A stretch of 54,676 nucleotides of DNA from Candidatus Parcubacteria bacterium (GCA_019661895.1 JAIFWO010000002.1:1-54676), one strand, 5' to 3'; shown: positions 18,530-28,007, numbered from the stretch's first letter. Notes: generated by a model not told the origin, from the sequence alone. Numbers and translations are program-made.

Positions 18530-20262
18530 AGAGTCACGTGGATCATTTATTAGGATATATCCCCAATCTTTTTTCTGGAAAGATCCTTGATCTTGGTTCT
18601 GGTCGAGGGAACTTCCTCGTCGAGGTGGCCCGTCGAGGCGGGCTTGCCTTTGGAGTTGAGCCATACGATGAATATGTCAAAAAAAGTTTAGAGCTTGCCA
18701 GGTCAAAAAATGTGTCTATTGAAGTCAAAAAGGGTGTAGCCGAGAGCATACCCTTCCCAGATTCGCAGTTCAACTTCGTCAATATTTGTGAAGTTATTGA
18801 ACACGTCGAAGATCCCAAGAAACTTTTGGGCGAAGTTAATCGAGTGCTTGGGCCGGGCGGCTTAGCATATCTCTCGATACCCAATCGATATGGCTGGTAT
18901 GATCCACACTTCCATTTGTACGGTTTAAATTGGATACCACGGTTGTGGGCCTTCAAGGTGATAGGCTGGCTTAAGAAACATAAGGATTACTCGGGCAAGG
19001 CAGGCAGACAAAGTATTGTTGATATGCATTACTCTACTTTTTCCAAAACGTGTCAGCTTGTAGAAAATAAAGGTTTCGTAGTACAGGATATGAGAGTAAT
19101 AAAAATTCGGAAGCGCTTAAAGCACTTGGCGCCAATCTTCGTACTGGTATACCTTCCCTTGAGGAAATTTTATTTCAACTCCTTTCATCTCTTGCTCGAG
19201 AAGGCTGACAATAAAGTTATTTTACTCACTCATACTCTAAAGAAACAGTCTGGGTGGGGGCGTTATTCCGCGGAGGTGGCCGAACATCTAAAACAACGAC
19301 AGTTTGAAGTGAAAGTACTTGAGATTAATAGTTCTCTTGATCCTTTGAGATTTATCAGGAGCCTTTTCTTGGTAAGAAAACAGGTGCGAAAGTTTCAGCT
19401 TGTCCATGCACTTGATGGTTGGCCCTATGGGGCTTATGGATTCTTCGGTGTTCTTGGAACTGCTAAGAAGCTTTTTGTAAGCGGTATAGGTACTTATGCT
19501 GTGCCGCAAGGAAATTTTTTTAAGAAGTTTTTAATGCAGAAAGTATATCGAAGAGCAGCAGCTGTCTTTGCCATAAGTCGCTACACAAAAGATCAAATCA
19601 CAAAAAAAGTCCCTGGAGCAAAAACCAAAGTTGTTCATATGGGTCTCACTCGCTTGCCCGAAGTGACGAAAGAAGAGTGTGGTGAATTCTTAAAAAAGTT
19701 TGGCCTCGATGCACACACCACTCATATCCTAACTGTTGGAGAGATTAAGAATCGCAAAGGCCAATACGACACATTACAAGCCTTTAAAATATTGCATGAT
19801 GAGTACCCACAAGCAGTATATATCATGGTGGGTAAAAGCGAAGACAAGAAGTATCGAGAGAAGATTGATATGTTTATAAAAGATCATAATCTCGGAAATG
19901 CTGTGAAAATCATTACTCATATATCGAATGATAGGGAACTCGCCTATCTTTACTCTTCTGCACACGTTTTCGCTCTCAACTCAAGAAATGAAAGTGGACA
20001 CTTCGAGGGCTTTGGTTTAGTAATACTTGAAGCGGCTCAATTCGGAGTGCCGGCAGTAGGTAGCAGGAACTGCGGCATAGAAGATGCTATAGTCGACGGT
20101 GTTACTGGGTACTTGGTAAACCAGGGAGATATTAAAAGTATTCACGAGGCCTTCCTAAGGGCTCTCCAGTTACCTAAAGATAAGATCCAAGGATTTGCAG
20201 AAAGCTTTTCTTGGAATAGGACAGTCTCAGCCTATATTGATGAGTATAATAGTGTCATATGA
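18526..20262 (+). CDS. bifunctional fusion: class I SAM methyltransferase (N-terminal) plus GT4 glycosyltransferase (C-terminal)
   Basis: N-terminal ILDLGSGRGNF and ICEVIEHVEDP. C-terminal EGFGLVILEAAQFGVPAVGSRNCGIEDAIVDGVTGYLV. Confidence 0.7.
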   Translation: MKSHVDHLLGYIPNLFSGKILDLGSGRGNFLVEVARRGGLAFGVEPYDEYVKKSLELARSKNVSIEVKKGVAESIPFPDSQFNFVNICEVIEHVEDPKKLLGEVNRVLGPGGLAYLSIPNRYGWYDPHFHLYGLNWIPRLWAFKVIGWLKKHKDYSGKAGRQSIVDMHYSTFSKTCQLVENKGFVVQDMRVIKIRKRLKHLAPIFVLVYLPLRKFYFNSFHLLLEKADNKVILLTHTLKKQSGWGRYSAEVAEHLKQRQFEVKVLEINSSLDPLRFIRSLFLVRKQVRKFQLVHALDGWPYGAYGFFGVLGTAKKLFVSGIGTYAVPQGNFFKKFLMQKVYRRAAAVFAISRYTKDQITKKVPGAKTKVVHMGLTRLPEVTKEECGEFLKKFGLDAHTTHILTVGEIKNRKGQYDTLQAFKILHDEYPQAVYIMVGKSEDKKYREKIDMFIKDHNLGNAVKIITHISNDRELAYLYSSAHVFALNSRNESGHFEGFGLVILEAAQFGVPAVGSRNCGIEDAIVDGVTGYLVNQGDIKSIHEAFLRALQLPKDKIQGFAESFSWNRTVSAYIDEYNSVI

Positions 20263-20987
20263 AGTACTTCTTCTTTAAGCTAAGGCAGGATCTGGCCACC
20301 CTCTTTTCGTATCCGGAGACCTCTCTCAAGGAGCATCCGCGAGTTGACTACGATTACTACTGGCAAAAGCGGGGTAGGAAAGGGTCTGCGCATCTCTCGG
20401 CTTGGCAGAAGGAGCGTGCGGATATCCTGTGCAGCCAAGTCTCAGAAGGCGACACTGTGCTCGACATTGGATGCGGCGACGGTGCACTTCTTAAGTATGT
20501 GATGGATAAAAAGAAGATTCTGGGGATCGGAGTAGACATGAGCGAGCCGGTACTTGCCACGGCAAGGGAGTTAGGTATTGAGACGCATTTGGTCGACCTC
20601 CGTAATCTGGATGCAGTAAGAAGGCTTCCCCGTGCTGACTACGTCATTGGTTTCGAAATCCTTGAACATATCCCTGAGCCGGAAGAACTTATCCTGACTC
20701 TGGCAGCGAAGACTCGTAAGGGCATGCTCTACTCCTTCCCCAACACTGGCTACTATCTGCATCGCTTGCGCTTGCTCTTCGGGCGCTTCCCTCGTCAGTG
20801 GATCGTGCACCCGGCAGAGCATGTGCGTTACTGGACCCTCAAGGACTCACGATGGTGGGTCTCAAATCTTGGTTTGAAGCTTAAAGAAGTTATTACGTAC
20901 CAAGGTTTGCCAGGACTTAACAAGCTCATCCCATCGTGGTTTGCCCAGGGTCAGATCGTTTCCATTTCTATGGAAAAGCCACTATAG
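20259..20987 (+). CDS. class I SAM-dependent methyltransferase (MetW-like)
   Basis: VLDIGCGDGALL and GFEILEHIPEPEE. Confidence 0.7.
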   Translation: MKYFFFKLRQDLATLFSYPETSLKEHPRVDYDYYWQKRGRKGSAHLSAWQKERADILCSQVSEGDTVLDIGCGDGALLKYVMDKKKILGIGVDMSEPVLATARELGIETHLVDLRNLDAVRRLPRADYVIGFEILEHIPEPEELILTLAAKTRKGMLYSFPNTGYYLHRLRLLFGRFPRQWIVHPAEHVRYWTLKDSRWWVSNLGLKLKEVITYQGLPGLNKLIPSWFAQGQIVSISMEKPL

Positions 20988-20995
20988 TTAGGGGT

Positions 20996-21961
20996 ATGAA
21001 GCCAGGAGCGACCAAAGTAAGTGAGGAGCCGCTAAAAGAGGCCATCGAAGCCCTAAAAGGCCTAAGGAAAGACCTCTCCTCAATAGCTAAGGCAGGCACT
21101 CTTTTGCAGAAGCGTAAGGGCAAAATCATTATTACCGGAGTCGGGAAGTCGGCATTTATAGGCATGAAGATGGCAGCCACCTTCACGAGCCTTGGCGAGA
21201 CAGCAATCTTTTTGCACCCGGTCGAGGCCCTACATGGCGACTCGGGCCTAGTCGGCAAGGGAGACGTGCTTATTGCCCTATCGTTTTCTGGTGAGTCGTC
21301 GGAGGTGATACGAATCGTGAAATATATATCTAAGATATTTTCAATCCAGGTGATCTCTGTTACAGGCGGGATGCATTCCAAGCTTGCCAAACTCTCGAAC
21401 GTAGTTATTCCAATTAACATTCGCAGAGAGGGATCTCCTTTGAATCTTGCACCAATGGCCTCGACGACCGCCTCGCTTGTGGTGGGTGATATGCTCGCCG
21501 CTCAATTGGTTGGCAACAAGCCATTTACTAAAAATCACTTCAGCAGATTCCATCCTGGCGGCTCGCTTGGGCTCTCGCTCATAACAGTTGAAGAAATAAT
21601 GGAAAGAGGATCGGACCTGCCATTAGTACCAGAAGGCGTCGAATTGTCCAGAGCTATAGATGCGGTGAGTAAAAGGGGAAGGGGAGTCGTGGGGGTAATG
21701 GCAAAGAACAAAACTCTTGTCGGCATCCTTACTGACGGAGATATTCGACGATTTGTGCTGAAGCACTCAACGATTCGTGGCGCTAGAGTCGGGCAAGCCA
21801 TGACCAAAAATCCTAAAGTTATAGGAAAGCAGGATAGTTTGTACGCCGCGCTCGAGCTAATGGAGCAATGGAAGATCACCAACCTCTTTGTCGTCGATAA
21901 AAGACTCATGCCAATCGGACTTGTCCATATGCACGATATCGTTGAGCACACCTTGCGATAA
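20996..21961 (+). CDS. kpsF: arabinose-5-phosphate isomerase (KpsF/GutQ family, SIS plus tandem CBS domains)
   Basis: SIS motifs GVGKSAFIG and SFSGESSE, followed by two CBS-like repeats at the C-terminus. I chose ATG 20996 because TATAGT at 20983-20988 lies 7 nt upstream. Confidence 0.8.
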   Translation: MKPGATKVSEEPLKEAIEALKGLRKDLSSIAKAGTLLQKRKGKIIITGVGKSAFIGMKMAATFTSLGETAIFLHPVEALHGDSGLVGKGDVLIALSFSGESSEVIRIVKYISKIFSIQVISVTGGMHSKLAKLSNVVIPINIRREGSPLNLAPMASTTASLVVGDMLAAQLVGNKPFTKNHFSRFHPGGSLGLSLITVEEIMERGSDLPLVPEGVELSRAIDAVSKRGRGVVGVMAKNKTLVGILTDGDIRRFVLKHSTIRGARVGQAMTKNPKVIGKQDSLYAALELMEQWKITNLFVVDKRLMPIGLVHMHDIVEHTLR

Positions 21962-23430
21962 TGAGCCAATTTACAACAAAAGACTTTCCATACAGGCTCG
22001 ATCTTTTAAGAAAGATTAACAGCTTGAAAATAAATGGATCCCCTTTGGCGAGTCGAAGGGTTTTCTCTGACTATAATGTTTGGATTTTCTTCCAAAATAA
22101 GATGTTTTACCAGGATATAAAACACTTTTGCGAGAGAGGGATTGCTTCAACTTTAAAGCCAGGGTTACGTGTTAGGGTCCAGGCAGCAGGCCTCATGTGC
22201 CTTGCTCTTCTCGTCTCAACGGCAGCCATGTTGAAGCTCCTCATACTTAAGGTGCCGGTACTCATATACGCCATTGATCGAGTAAGTTCCCAGTTTTCTA
22301 AAAGTGATGCCCGACTCGATCCGGTATATGAAGCAGTTTTTAAAAAGGACTTAAAATTTGTCGAAGGTTTCCACACTGTTCTTGATAAAAGATTTCTAGA
22401 AAATCTGTTTAAGCGGAGCCGAGTAGCTTTGTATATAAAGGCGATTGATGCTTTATTTCCAGCCGCTCGGATGCTCGGCAAAACATTAGCGGTCGAGGAG
22501 GTCGTGTGGCATCGATCTGATTTAAGCATCTTTTCTTCCGAAGAGGAGATTTTTGTTCAAAAAATTGTAAGCAAATATCTTTCTCAAATTCCTCTTGTTG
22601 AATTCCGTGTTCGCGCGTTGGCGTATATCTTGAAGCGTTCCAAACTCTCTACCATCCTTGCCATTGATAACACGCGCGATTATTGGGAGCTTGTCTTGGG
22701 AGCGCAACTGGCCGCCGTGCCTGTCTGTGCCTTCCAGCATGGCCACTATACCAAGTATCATGTAGGTTGGTTAAATAAAGGAGGTGAGTTCACTGGAACA
22801 ATTGTCCGTCCGAGCCGTCTGTATGTGTGGAGCAACTTCTGGAAGAGCGAGCTCATAAGGCTTGGGACATATTGGAGTCCCGAAGAAATTTTTGTCGGCG
22901 GAGCTAAGGAGAAGATGGCAGCACCTCTCCCCAAGAACTCTTCGGAAGGGTTTATTACGGTTGTCGTGCCGTATGAAGTAGATAGCAATAAGGTCGAGGT
23001 TAAGCAATATATAGATGCGCTTCTCAATTGTCCAAAGGTAAGGGTAGTCTTTAAGGCTCGAGGAGATATGTCCATCGACTCTCAGCTTGAGGCCTCGCTC
23101 TTGTCACGACAGTATCATGAGAGATTCTCCTTTACGGAAGACACCAAAAAGGCTATTAAACAGGGAGACATCTTTGCTGGGACGTATTCGACGCTTCTCT
23201 ACGACATGATCATGTTTGAGAAGCCAATCCTCTATTTTAAAACCTCTTCGGACTTCGGTGAAGGGCTTGTCATAAACGGCCTGGCCGAAGGTATAGAGTT
23301 GTCAGAAGTTACCCAGCAGAGGCTCGAGTCCATTGCTCAGACAGACGCAGCCACTCTTATCAAGCGGAAGGAGCGTCTTTATAGCCCGCTCGAGATGATC
23401 ATGGCTGGGAGTGTTATGGATGCAATTTAG
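21961..23430 (+). CDS. hypothetical protein, weakly TagB/TagF-like (polyol-phosphate transferase-like GT-B)
   Basis: FQHGHYTKYH and the C-terminal GDIFAGTYSTLLYDMIMFEKPILYF resemble the HG and TDYSS..fD....kPiiyf motifs of CDP-glycerol glycerophosphotransferases. The resemblance is motif-level only. Confidence 0.35.
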   Translation: MSQFTTKDFPYRLDLLRKINSLKINGSPLASRRVFSDYNVWIFFQNKMFYQDIKHFCERGIASTLKPGLRVRVQAAGLMCLALLVSTAAMLKLLILKVPVLIYAIDRVSSQFSKSDARLDPVYEAVFKKDLKFVEGFHTVLDKRFLENLFKRSRVALYIKAIDALFPAARMLGKTLAVEEVVWHRSDLSIFSSEEEIFVQKIVSKYLSQIPLVEFRVRALAYILKRSKLSTILAIDNTRDYWELVLGAQLAAVPVCAFQHGHYTKYHVGWLNKGGEFTGTIVRPSRLYVWSNFWKSELIRLGTYWSPEEIFVGGAKEKMAAPLPKNSSEGFITVVVPYEVDSNKVEVKQYIDALLNCPKVRVVFKARGDMSIDSQLEASLLSRQYHERFSFTEDTKKAIKQGDIFAGTYSTLLYDMIMFEKPILYFKTSSDFGEGLVINGLAEGIELSEVTQQRLESIAQTDAATLIKRKERLYSPLEMIMAGSVMDAI

Positions 23431-23460
23431 CAGGAGTTGACTTATAATTACCACAACGAT

Positions 23461-24339
23461 ATGCACTCTCTCCTCGATAACGTCACCAAAGCAGATATTG
23501 TCGTCGATCCGTATCCGTATTTGCTTGTACGAAACGTACTCCCAAGGGAATTTGCAGATTATCTCTTAGAGCATTTTCCAAGTATCGAGGAGATGAGTAA
23601 GGGGGCGAGCGGGGCAAAGGGCTTGTCCGTCTCAAACTATCCGGAAAATAAAAAGTTTTGCATGTACGGCAAGGAGGTCGTCGATAGCGACTCAATCGAC
23701 CTCCAGATTCGGGAATTCTTTGCGGAGCATGCTTCGGTTGAATTTTTCAAAAAGATCACCGCCCTCTTCGAGGAGCATATTAAGGTTGACTCCCCAAAGG
23801 CATACGAATATATACAATCCATCAACGAAGATGGTGTGGGATTTATTCATGAGTCTGGTTCGGAGTCGAAGAAACTGATCATAGATGGAGGGCTCTGCAT
23901 TGATACTCCGGCCAAGACCCCGGATCTTAACCCTGGTGTCCATCTCGATAATCCGAAGAAGATTTGCGGAGCACTTCTCTACCTCAAGCACCCAGAAGAT
24001 CGTGCCCCTGGCGGAGAGTTCAATGTCTACGGGACTCCTAAGGCTAAGGTCGAGATCGATCCAAAGATGATGGTAAAGAGCGAATATATGCCGCTCTTCA
24101 AACAATCTCTAGCCAAATCCATAGGCTATGAGCACAATACGCTTTTGGTCTTCTTGAACTCGTCGCGTGCTTTCCACGGCGTGGTGCCGCGATACTATGC
24201 AGAGCACTTCCGCTATACGATGAACTTGGCCTTCAATGCCAATAGGCCTGTGCACAACTTTTCCAAGTACGAGGAATCGTTTATATCTAAAAAGCTACGA
24301 GCGGGAAAGTTCTATTTTAAAAAGATTACGGGCCGTTAA
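23461..24339 (+). CDS. 2OG-Fe(II) oxygenase superfamily protein (prolyl-4-hydroxylase-like)
   Basis: HLD (HxD) followed by GALLYLKHPEDRAPGGEFNVY, with a distal AFHGV. The ORF track starts at TTG 23437, but that TTG is part of a TTGACTTATAAT promoter-like element (TATAAT at 23443-23448), so I prefer ATG 23461. Confidence 0.6.
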   Translation: MHSLLDNVTKADIVVDPYPYLLVRNVLPREFADYLLEHFPSIEEMSKGASGAKGLSVSNYPENKKFCMYGKEVVDSDSIDLQIREFFAEHASVEFFKKITALFEEHIKVDSPKAYEYIQSINEDGVGFIHESGSESKKLIIDGGLCIDTPAKTPDLNPGVHLDNPKKICGALLYLKHPEDRAPGGEFNVYGTPKAKVEIDPKMMVKSEYMPLFKQSLAKSIGYEHNTLLVFLNSSRAFHGVVPRYYAEHFRYTMNLAFNANRPVHNFSKYEESFISKKLRAGKFYFKKITGR

Positions 24340-24340
24340 G

Positions 24341-25585
24341 CTATATTCGTAGAGTGAGGAAAAATGCCAGGCACACAGCGATAGCTTTGCCTACGACCTT
24401 GCCGACGATTACTCCCCATAGACCAAAGAGTGCAAATCCTCCTAAGAGGCAAACGATCTTGGCGATATTGCCGAAAATATTTAGAGCATATTTTTCTTTG
24501 ATTTTTACATTGGCATCGAGGAGGGCTAATGGTAGAGCGGCTGAGAAGATGAGAATTAGCGAATAGACTTGAGAGAGTTTTATAGAGGTCAAGTATTGCG
24601 GGAACAGCGCTTTGAATATAAAGGGGGAGAGGAAAATATATGCTACAGACATGATCAAACCAAAGAGAAAGACTTTCATAGATTTTTGCCAGAGTGAACT
24701 CACGATCGTGTCTTTGTCGCCTTGTGAGAACTTGGGTGTGGCGAGAAGGCCAATATTTTTTATAAATCCGGCGAGTTGCTCTGGGATGGCTTGGGCAAAG
24801 TTGTATACTGCAAGCGGACCAGCGCCGAGGGCATGGAAGACGAGAATATTATCGAGCTGGTCGGTAAAAATGGAAATACTATTGACGACGCTTGTGTGAA
24901 CGGCTAAGCGCGGTGTGTGGACGTCGGTGGCGGTGTTTGGCCTCTGGGTTCTTAATACGTATACAAACATAGATACCACGGTGCATGTATGCAAAATAAA
25001 ATAAGAAGCAATAATCCATACAGGATCTTTGGTTATAAGCAGAGTAGCAAAGAGCCCAAGGGCTATGATGAGCTGTCGAAGGAGTCTCAAAAGACTTCCC
25101 GAGCGAAAGTCGCTCCGACCATTTAAGAAGGCATTATATAACTCTCCACTATCTATGATAGGGAAGAACACTCCAATGAGGATAAGCCCGATTCCGAGAG
25201 TTTCATTTCCGTGTGCAAAATAGTACCAACTCCCAAGGATACACGTGAAGCATATAAGTATGTTCCATTTTAAATTAAGCCAAAATGATCTCAGAAGCTC
25301 TCCCTCGAAGCCCTTTGCCACTGCCCTGGTGATGGCGACAGGAAGCCCAGACAAGGTAAGGGCACCGACAATCCCCATGAGAGAGAGTACGTATTTATAC
25401 GTTCCATACGTCTCGGCTGGGAGGAGGTTTGCAAAGGCAATAGATAATAAGAGCCCGATCAACGCTGAACCAAATTGAGCACCGCTTAGCCAAAAACCCC
25501 CACGAGCCAAATAGACCATGTCGGTCTTGAAAAAGCCCTCGCTTCGGCGCAGGAGCTTGTATAGTTTGCTTTTGATGGCTTCCAT
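24341..25585 (-). CDS. Wzx-like oligosaccharide/polysaccharide flippase (MOP superfamily)
   Basis: 414 aa with about 12 hydrophobic segments and a basic N-terminus typical of polysaccharide biosynthesis flippases. It is the only minus-strand gene in this part of the locus. Confidence 0.6.
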   Translation of the reverse strand: MEAIKSKLYKLLRRSEGFFKTDMVYLARGGFWLSGAQFGSALIGLLLSIAFANLLPAETYGTYKYVLSLMGIVGALTLSGLPVAITRAVAKGFEGELLRSFWLNLKWNILICFTCILGSWYYFAHGNETLGIGLILIGVFFPIIDSGELYNAFLNGRSDFRSGSLLRLLRQLIIALGLFATLLITKDPVWIIASYFILHTCTVVSMFVYVLRTQRPNTATDVHTPRLAVHTSVVNSISIFTDQLDNILVFHALGAGPLAVYNFAQAIPEQLAGFIKNIGLLATPKFSQGDKDTIVSSLWQKSMKVFLFGLIMSVAYIFLSPFIFKALFPQYLTSIKLSQVYSLILIFSAALPLALLDANVKIKEKYALNIFGNIAKIVCLLGGFALFGLWGVIVGKVVGKAIAVCLAFFLTLRI

Positions 25586-25607
25586 AAGTTTATGCTACCA
25601 TAACACG

Positions 25608-27764
25608 ATGAACACCATACTTCGTCGCATTATCTTGGCTGGGCTCTTCGTTGTGCCTTTTATTCCTTTCTTCGTCTCGAGTTCTTTGTTCTTCCCGTTC
25701 ATTACCACTAAGGCCTTTCTTTGGCGGGCCGTTGTGGAAATAGTCTTTGGAGCCTGGGTTGTCTTGGCTTTGGCCAGCCCTGAGTACAGACCGAGAGGCT
25801 CAAAACTCCTCTGGTCTCTATTAATATTTATCGCCATCATCGGGCTGGCTGATCTCTTCGGAGCGGCCCCGGCAAAGAGCTTCTGGTCCAACTTCGAGCG
25901 TATGGAAGGATTTGTCTCTCTCCTTCATCTCGGAGCCTTCTTCGTGGTTATCGGGTCGGTGTTTCGAGAGAGGGAATGGAGGTGGTGGTGGAATACATCA
26001 CTCATAGCCTCGGTTTTGATGGTCTTCTACTGTGCCTTTCAACTCCTGGGCTCGGTGCAGATCCACCAGAGCGGGACACGTGTTGATGGCACCTTCGGCA
26101 ATGCCGCATACTTGGCGGTATACATGCTCATCCATATATTTATTGCCCTCATTTACTTCATAAGAACAGAGAGGGGCAACTTCTTGCGGTGGGTATACGG
26201 TGCTCTCTTGGTCGGTCAGGTAGTCATCCTCTACTATACTGCCACCCGCGGTGCTATCCTCGGACTTCTCGGCGGACTGCTTCTTGTCGCTCTTCTCAAT
26301 ATTACAAACAGGGAAAGTGCGCGAATCCGCAAGGCGAGTATCGTGGTGATTGTTGGTTTTGTCATCTTGATTCTGGGATTCTTCTCCATTCGTCATACCT
26401 CGTTTGTGCAAAAGAGCCCAGTCCTCTCGAGATTTGCCTCTATCTCCTCGGCGGAATTGAAGACCGAGGGCCGCTCGTTCATTTGGCCGATGGCCATAGA
26501 GGGGATCAAGGAGAGGCCGCTTCTCGGCTGGGGGCAAGAAAACTTCAATTATGTCTTCGACGAACATTACTCTCCGAAGATGTTTCGTCTTGAGCCTTGG
26601 TTTGATCGTGCCCACAACATCTTCCTCGATTGGGGAGTGGCTGGAGGCCTGTTGGGGCTCCTCAGTTACTTGGCGCTTTACGCCTTCTTCCTCTGGTCTG
26701 TTTGGAAGGACGCGTCCCTTACTCGCCTTGAACGCTCGCTTCTGACCGGACTGATGGCGGCGTACTTCTTCCACAACTTCTTCGTCTTCGACAATCTTGG
26801 CAGCTACATCCTCTTTGCGGCGCTCTTGGCCTACATGCACTCTCGTATCGGCAGAGCAAGCGTTCTGGCCAGGACAGTCACGCAGACGACCGTAAATATC
26901 GCCATGCTTCCGGTGGCTCTGCTTACTATCCTCGCTCTTTACTTCGTCAATGGTAAGCCTCTCACGGCCAATGCTGACCTTATTAAGGGCCTCCAGGCCT
27001 CGCAGGGAGGCGCGGCAGGCACCTCTGTGGCTATGAACTATCTTGAGTCGGCTTACAAGGGCTCGCGTCTTGGCAGACCGGAGACGGTGGAGTGGGTCGC
27101 CAACAGCGCCAGAAATATCCTAAGCTCAGATATTACTACCGAGGAAAAGAATAAATACTTCGAATTTGCCAAAAAGGCGGTGGTAGGCCAAGCCACCGAA
27201 CTTCCGACCGATGCGCGCTATCAGTTGATCACGGGCTCCTTCCTCTCGAGCACCGGTTACCCGGATGACGCTTTGGCCTACCTCACACGCGCACAAAAGC
27301 TTATGCCCGGCAAGCAGCAAGTGTATTTCGAACTTGCTAACGCTCTTATCGCCAAACAAGATTACAAAGGGGCGCTTGTCTATCTCAAACAAGCTTATGA
27401 GATGGCGCCAGAGTACACCGAGGCACAGGTGATCTACCTTACGGGAGCGATCTATGCCGGAGAGAATGCTCTAGCCACCAGTCTTATCAAAGATCTCCCG
27501 GCAGATACCATCGCCAAGGACGATCGAGTGGCCAACGCCCTCTTCTCGACCGGCAAGTACGCTGATCTCGTCGCTATTCTGAAGCAGCGATTAAATTTGG
27601 AACCTGGGAACGCCCAAGTCTACGCCTCGCTCGCGTTGGCTTACGCCAAGGCCGGAGACAGAGCCAGCGCTATTGCCACTCTAGAAAATCTGGAAACAAA
27701 AAATCTCGTGCCGAAAGATCAAGTCGAAGGATACATCAAAGACATCAAGTCAGGAAATTTCTAA
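25608..27764 (+). CDS. O-antigen ligase-like (Wzy_C domain) membrane protein fused to C-terminal TPR repeats
   Basis: I chose ATG 25608 (MNTILRRIILAG). The polytopic N-terminal part carries GRSFIWPMAIEGIKERPLLGWG and RAHNIFLDWGVAGGLLG (Wzy_C-type). The C-terminal ~250 aa contain TPR-like repeats (ALAYLTRAQKLMPGKQQVYFELANALIAKQDYKGALVYLKQAYEMAPEY). Confidence 0.75.
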   Translation: MNTILRRIILAGLFVVPFIPFFVSSSLFFPFITTKAFLWRAVVEIVFGAWVVLALASPEYRPRGSKLLWSLLIFIAIIGLADLFGAAPAKSFWSNFERMEGFVSLLHLGAFFVVIGSVFREREWRWWWNTSLIASVLMVFYCAFQLLGSVQIHQSGTRVDGTFGNAAYLAVYMLIHIFIALIYFIRTERGNFLRWVYGALLVGQVVILYYTATRGAILGLLGGLLLVALLNITNRESARIRKASIVVIVGFVILILGFFSIRHTSFVQKSPVLSRFASISSAELKTEGRSFIWPMAIEGIKERPLLGWGQENFNYVFDEHYSPKMFRLEPWFDRAHNIFLDWGVAGGLLGLLSYLALYAFFLWSVWKDASLTRLERSLLTGLMAAYFFHNFFVFDNLGSYILFAALLAYMHSRIGRASVLARTVTQTTVNIAMLPVALLTILALYFVNGKPLTANADLIKGLQASQGGAAGTSVAMNYLESAYKGSRLGRPETVEWVANSARNILSSDITTEEKNKYFEFAKKAVVGQATELPTDARYQLITGSFLSSTGYPDDALAYLTRAQKLMPGKQQVYFELANALIAKQDYKGALVYLKQAYEMAPEYTEAQVIYLTGAIYAGENALATSLIKDLPADTIAKDDRVANALFSTGKYADLVAILKQRLNLEPGNAQVYASLALAYAKAGDRASAIATLENLETKNLVPKDQVEGYIKDIKSGNF

Positions 27765-27781
27765 AAGATTTTAGAAATTTC
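27754..27781 (+). terminator. AT-rich hairpin overlapping the stop codon (possible terminator)
   Basis: Perfect inverted repeat GAAATTTCTAAAA-GA-TTTTAGAAATTTC. Confidence 0.35.
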
Positions 27782-27820
27782 TCTAAGAAAGTTATCCCCA
27801 CATTAAACGTTTGTACTATT

Positions 27821-27925
27821 GTACGTGTCGTCTACACGTACGATAATAAATACAAGTCGCGCGTAGGAAATATTTGCAAAAATATTTCCCGCGACGTTAC
27901 AAGTAATCGACGTTGGGCAACCAAC
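27821..27925 (+). promoter_or_regulatory. structured leader/intergenic RNA: three hairpins, two capped by GCAA tetraloops
   Basis: Hairpin 1 is GTACGTGT-CGTCT-ACACGTAC at 27821-27841. Hairpin 2 at 27856-27895 is GTCGCG(CGTA bulge)GGAAATATTT-GCAA-AAATATTTCC-CGCGAC. Hairpin 3 is GTTGG-GCAA-CCAAC at 27912-27925. A possible promoter is TTGTAC at 27819-27824, a 17-nt spacer, and GATAAT at 27842-27847. Confidence 0.4.
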
Positions 27926-27935
27926 TGTTAAAACA

Positions 27936-28007
27936 ATGGCAGCAAAAAAGCGAAAGGCAGCAAAGAAGACCACTAAGAAGAAGTCTTCAAAGAAGAAGCG
28001 AGCATAA
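27936..28007 (+). CDS. 23-aa lysine-rich micro-protein (MAAKKRKAAKKTTKKKSSKKKRA)
   Basis: An ATG-to-TAA ORF too short for the ORF track. It has its own strong terminator 15 nt downstream and structured RNA upstream. No Shine-Dalgarno sequence is visible. Confidence 0.4.
   Translation: MAAKKRKAAKKTTKKKSSKKKRA

Noticed and set aside
25998-26840. 280-aa minus-strand ORF
   Set aside because: It lies entirely antisense to the Wzy_C/TPR gene, which has clear family motifs. The product has no recognisable features and an odd composition.
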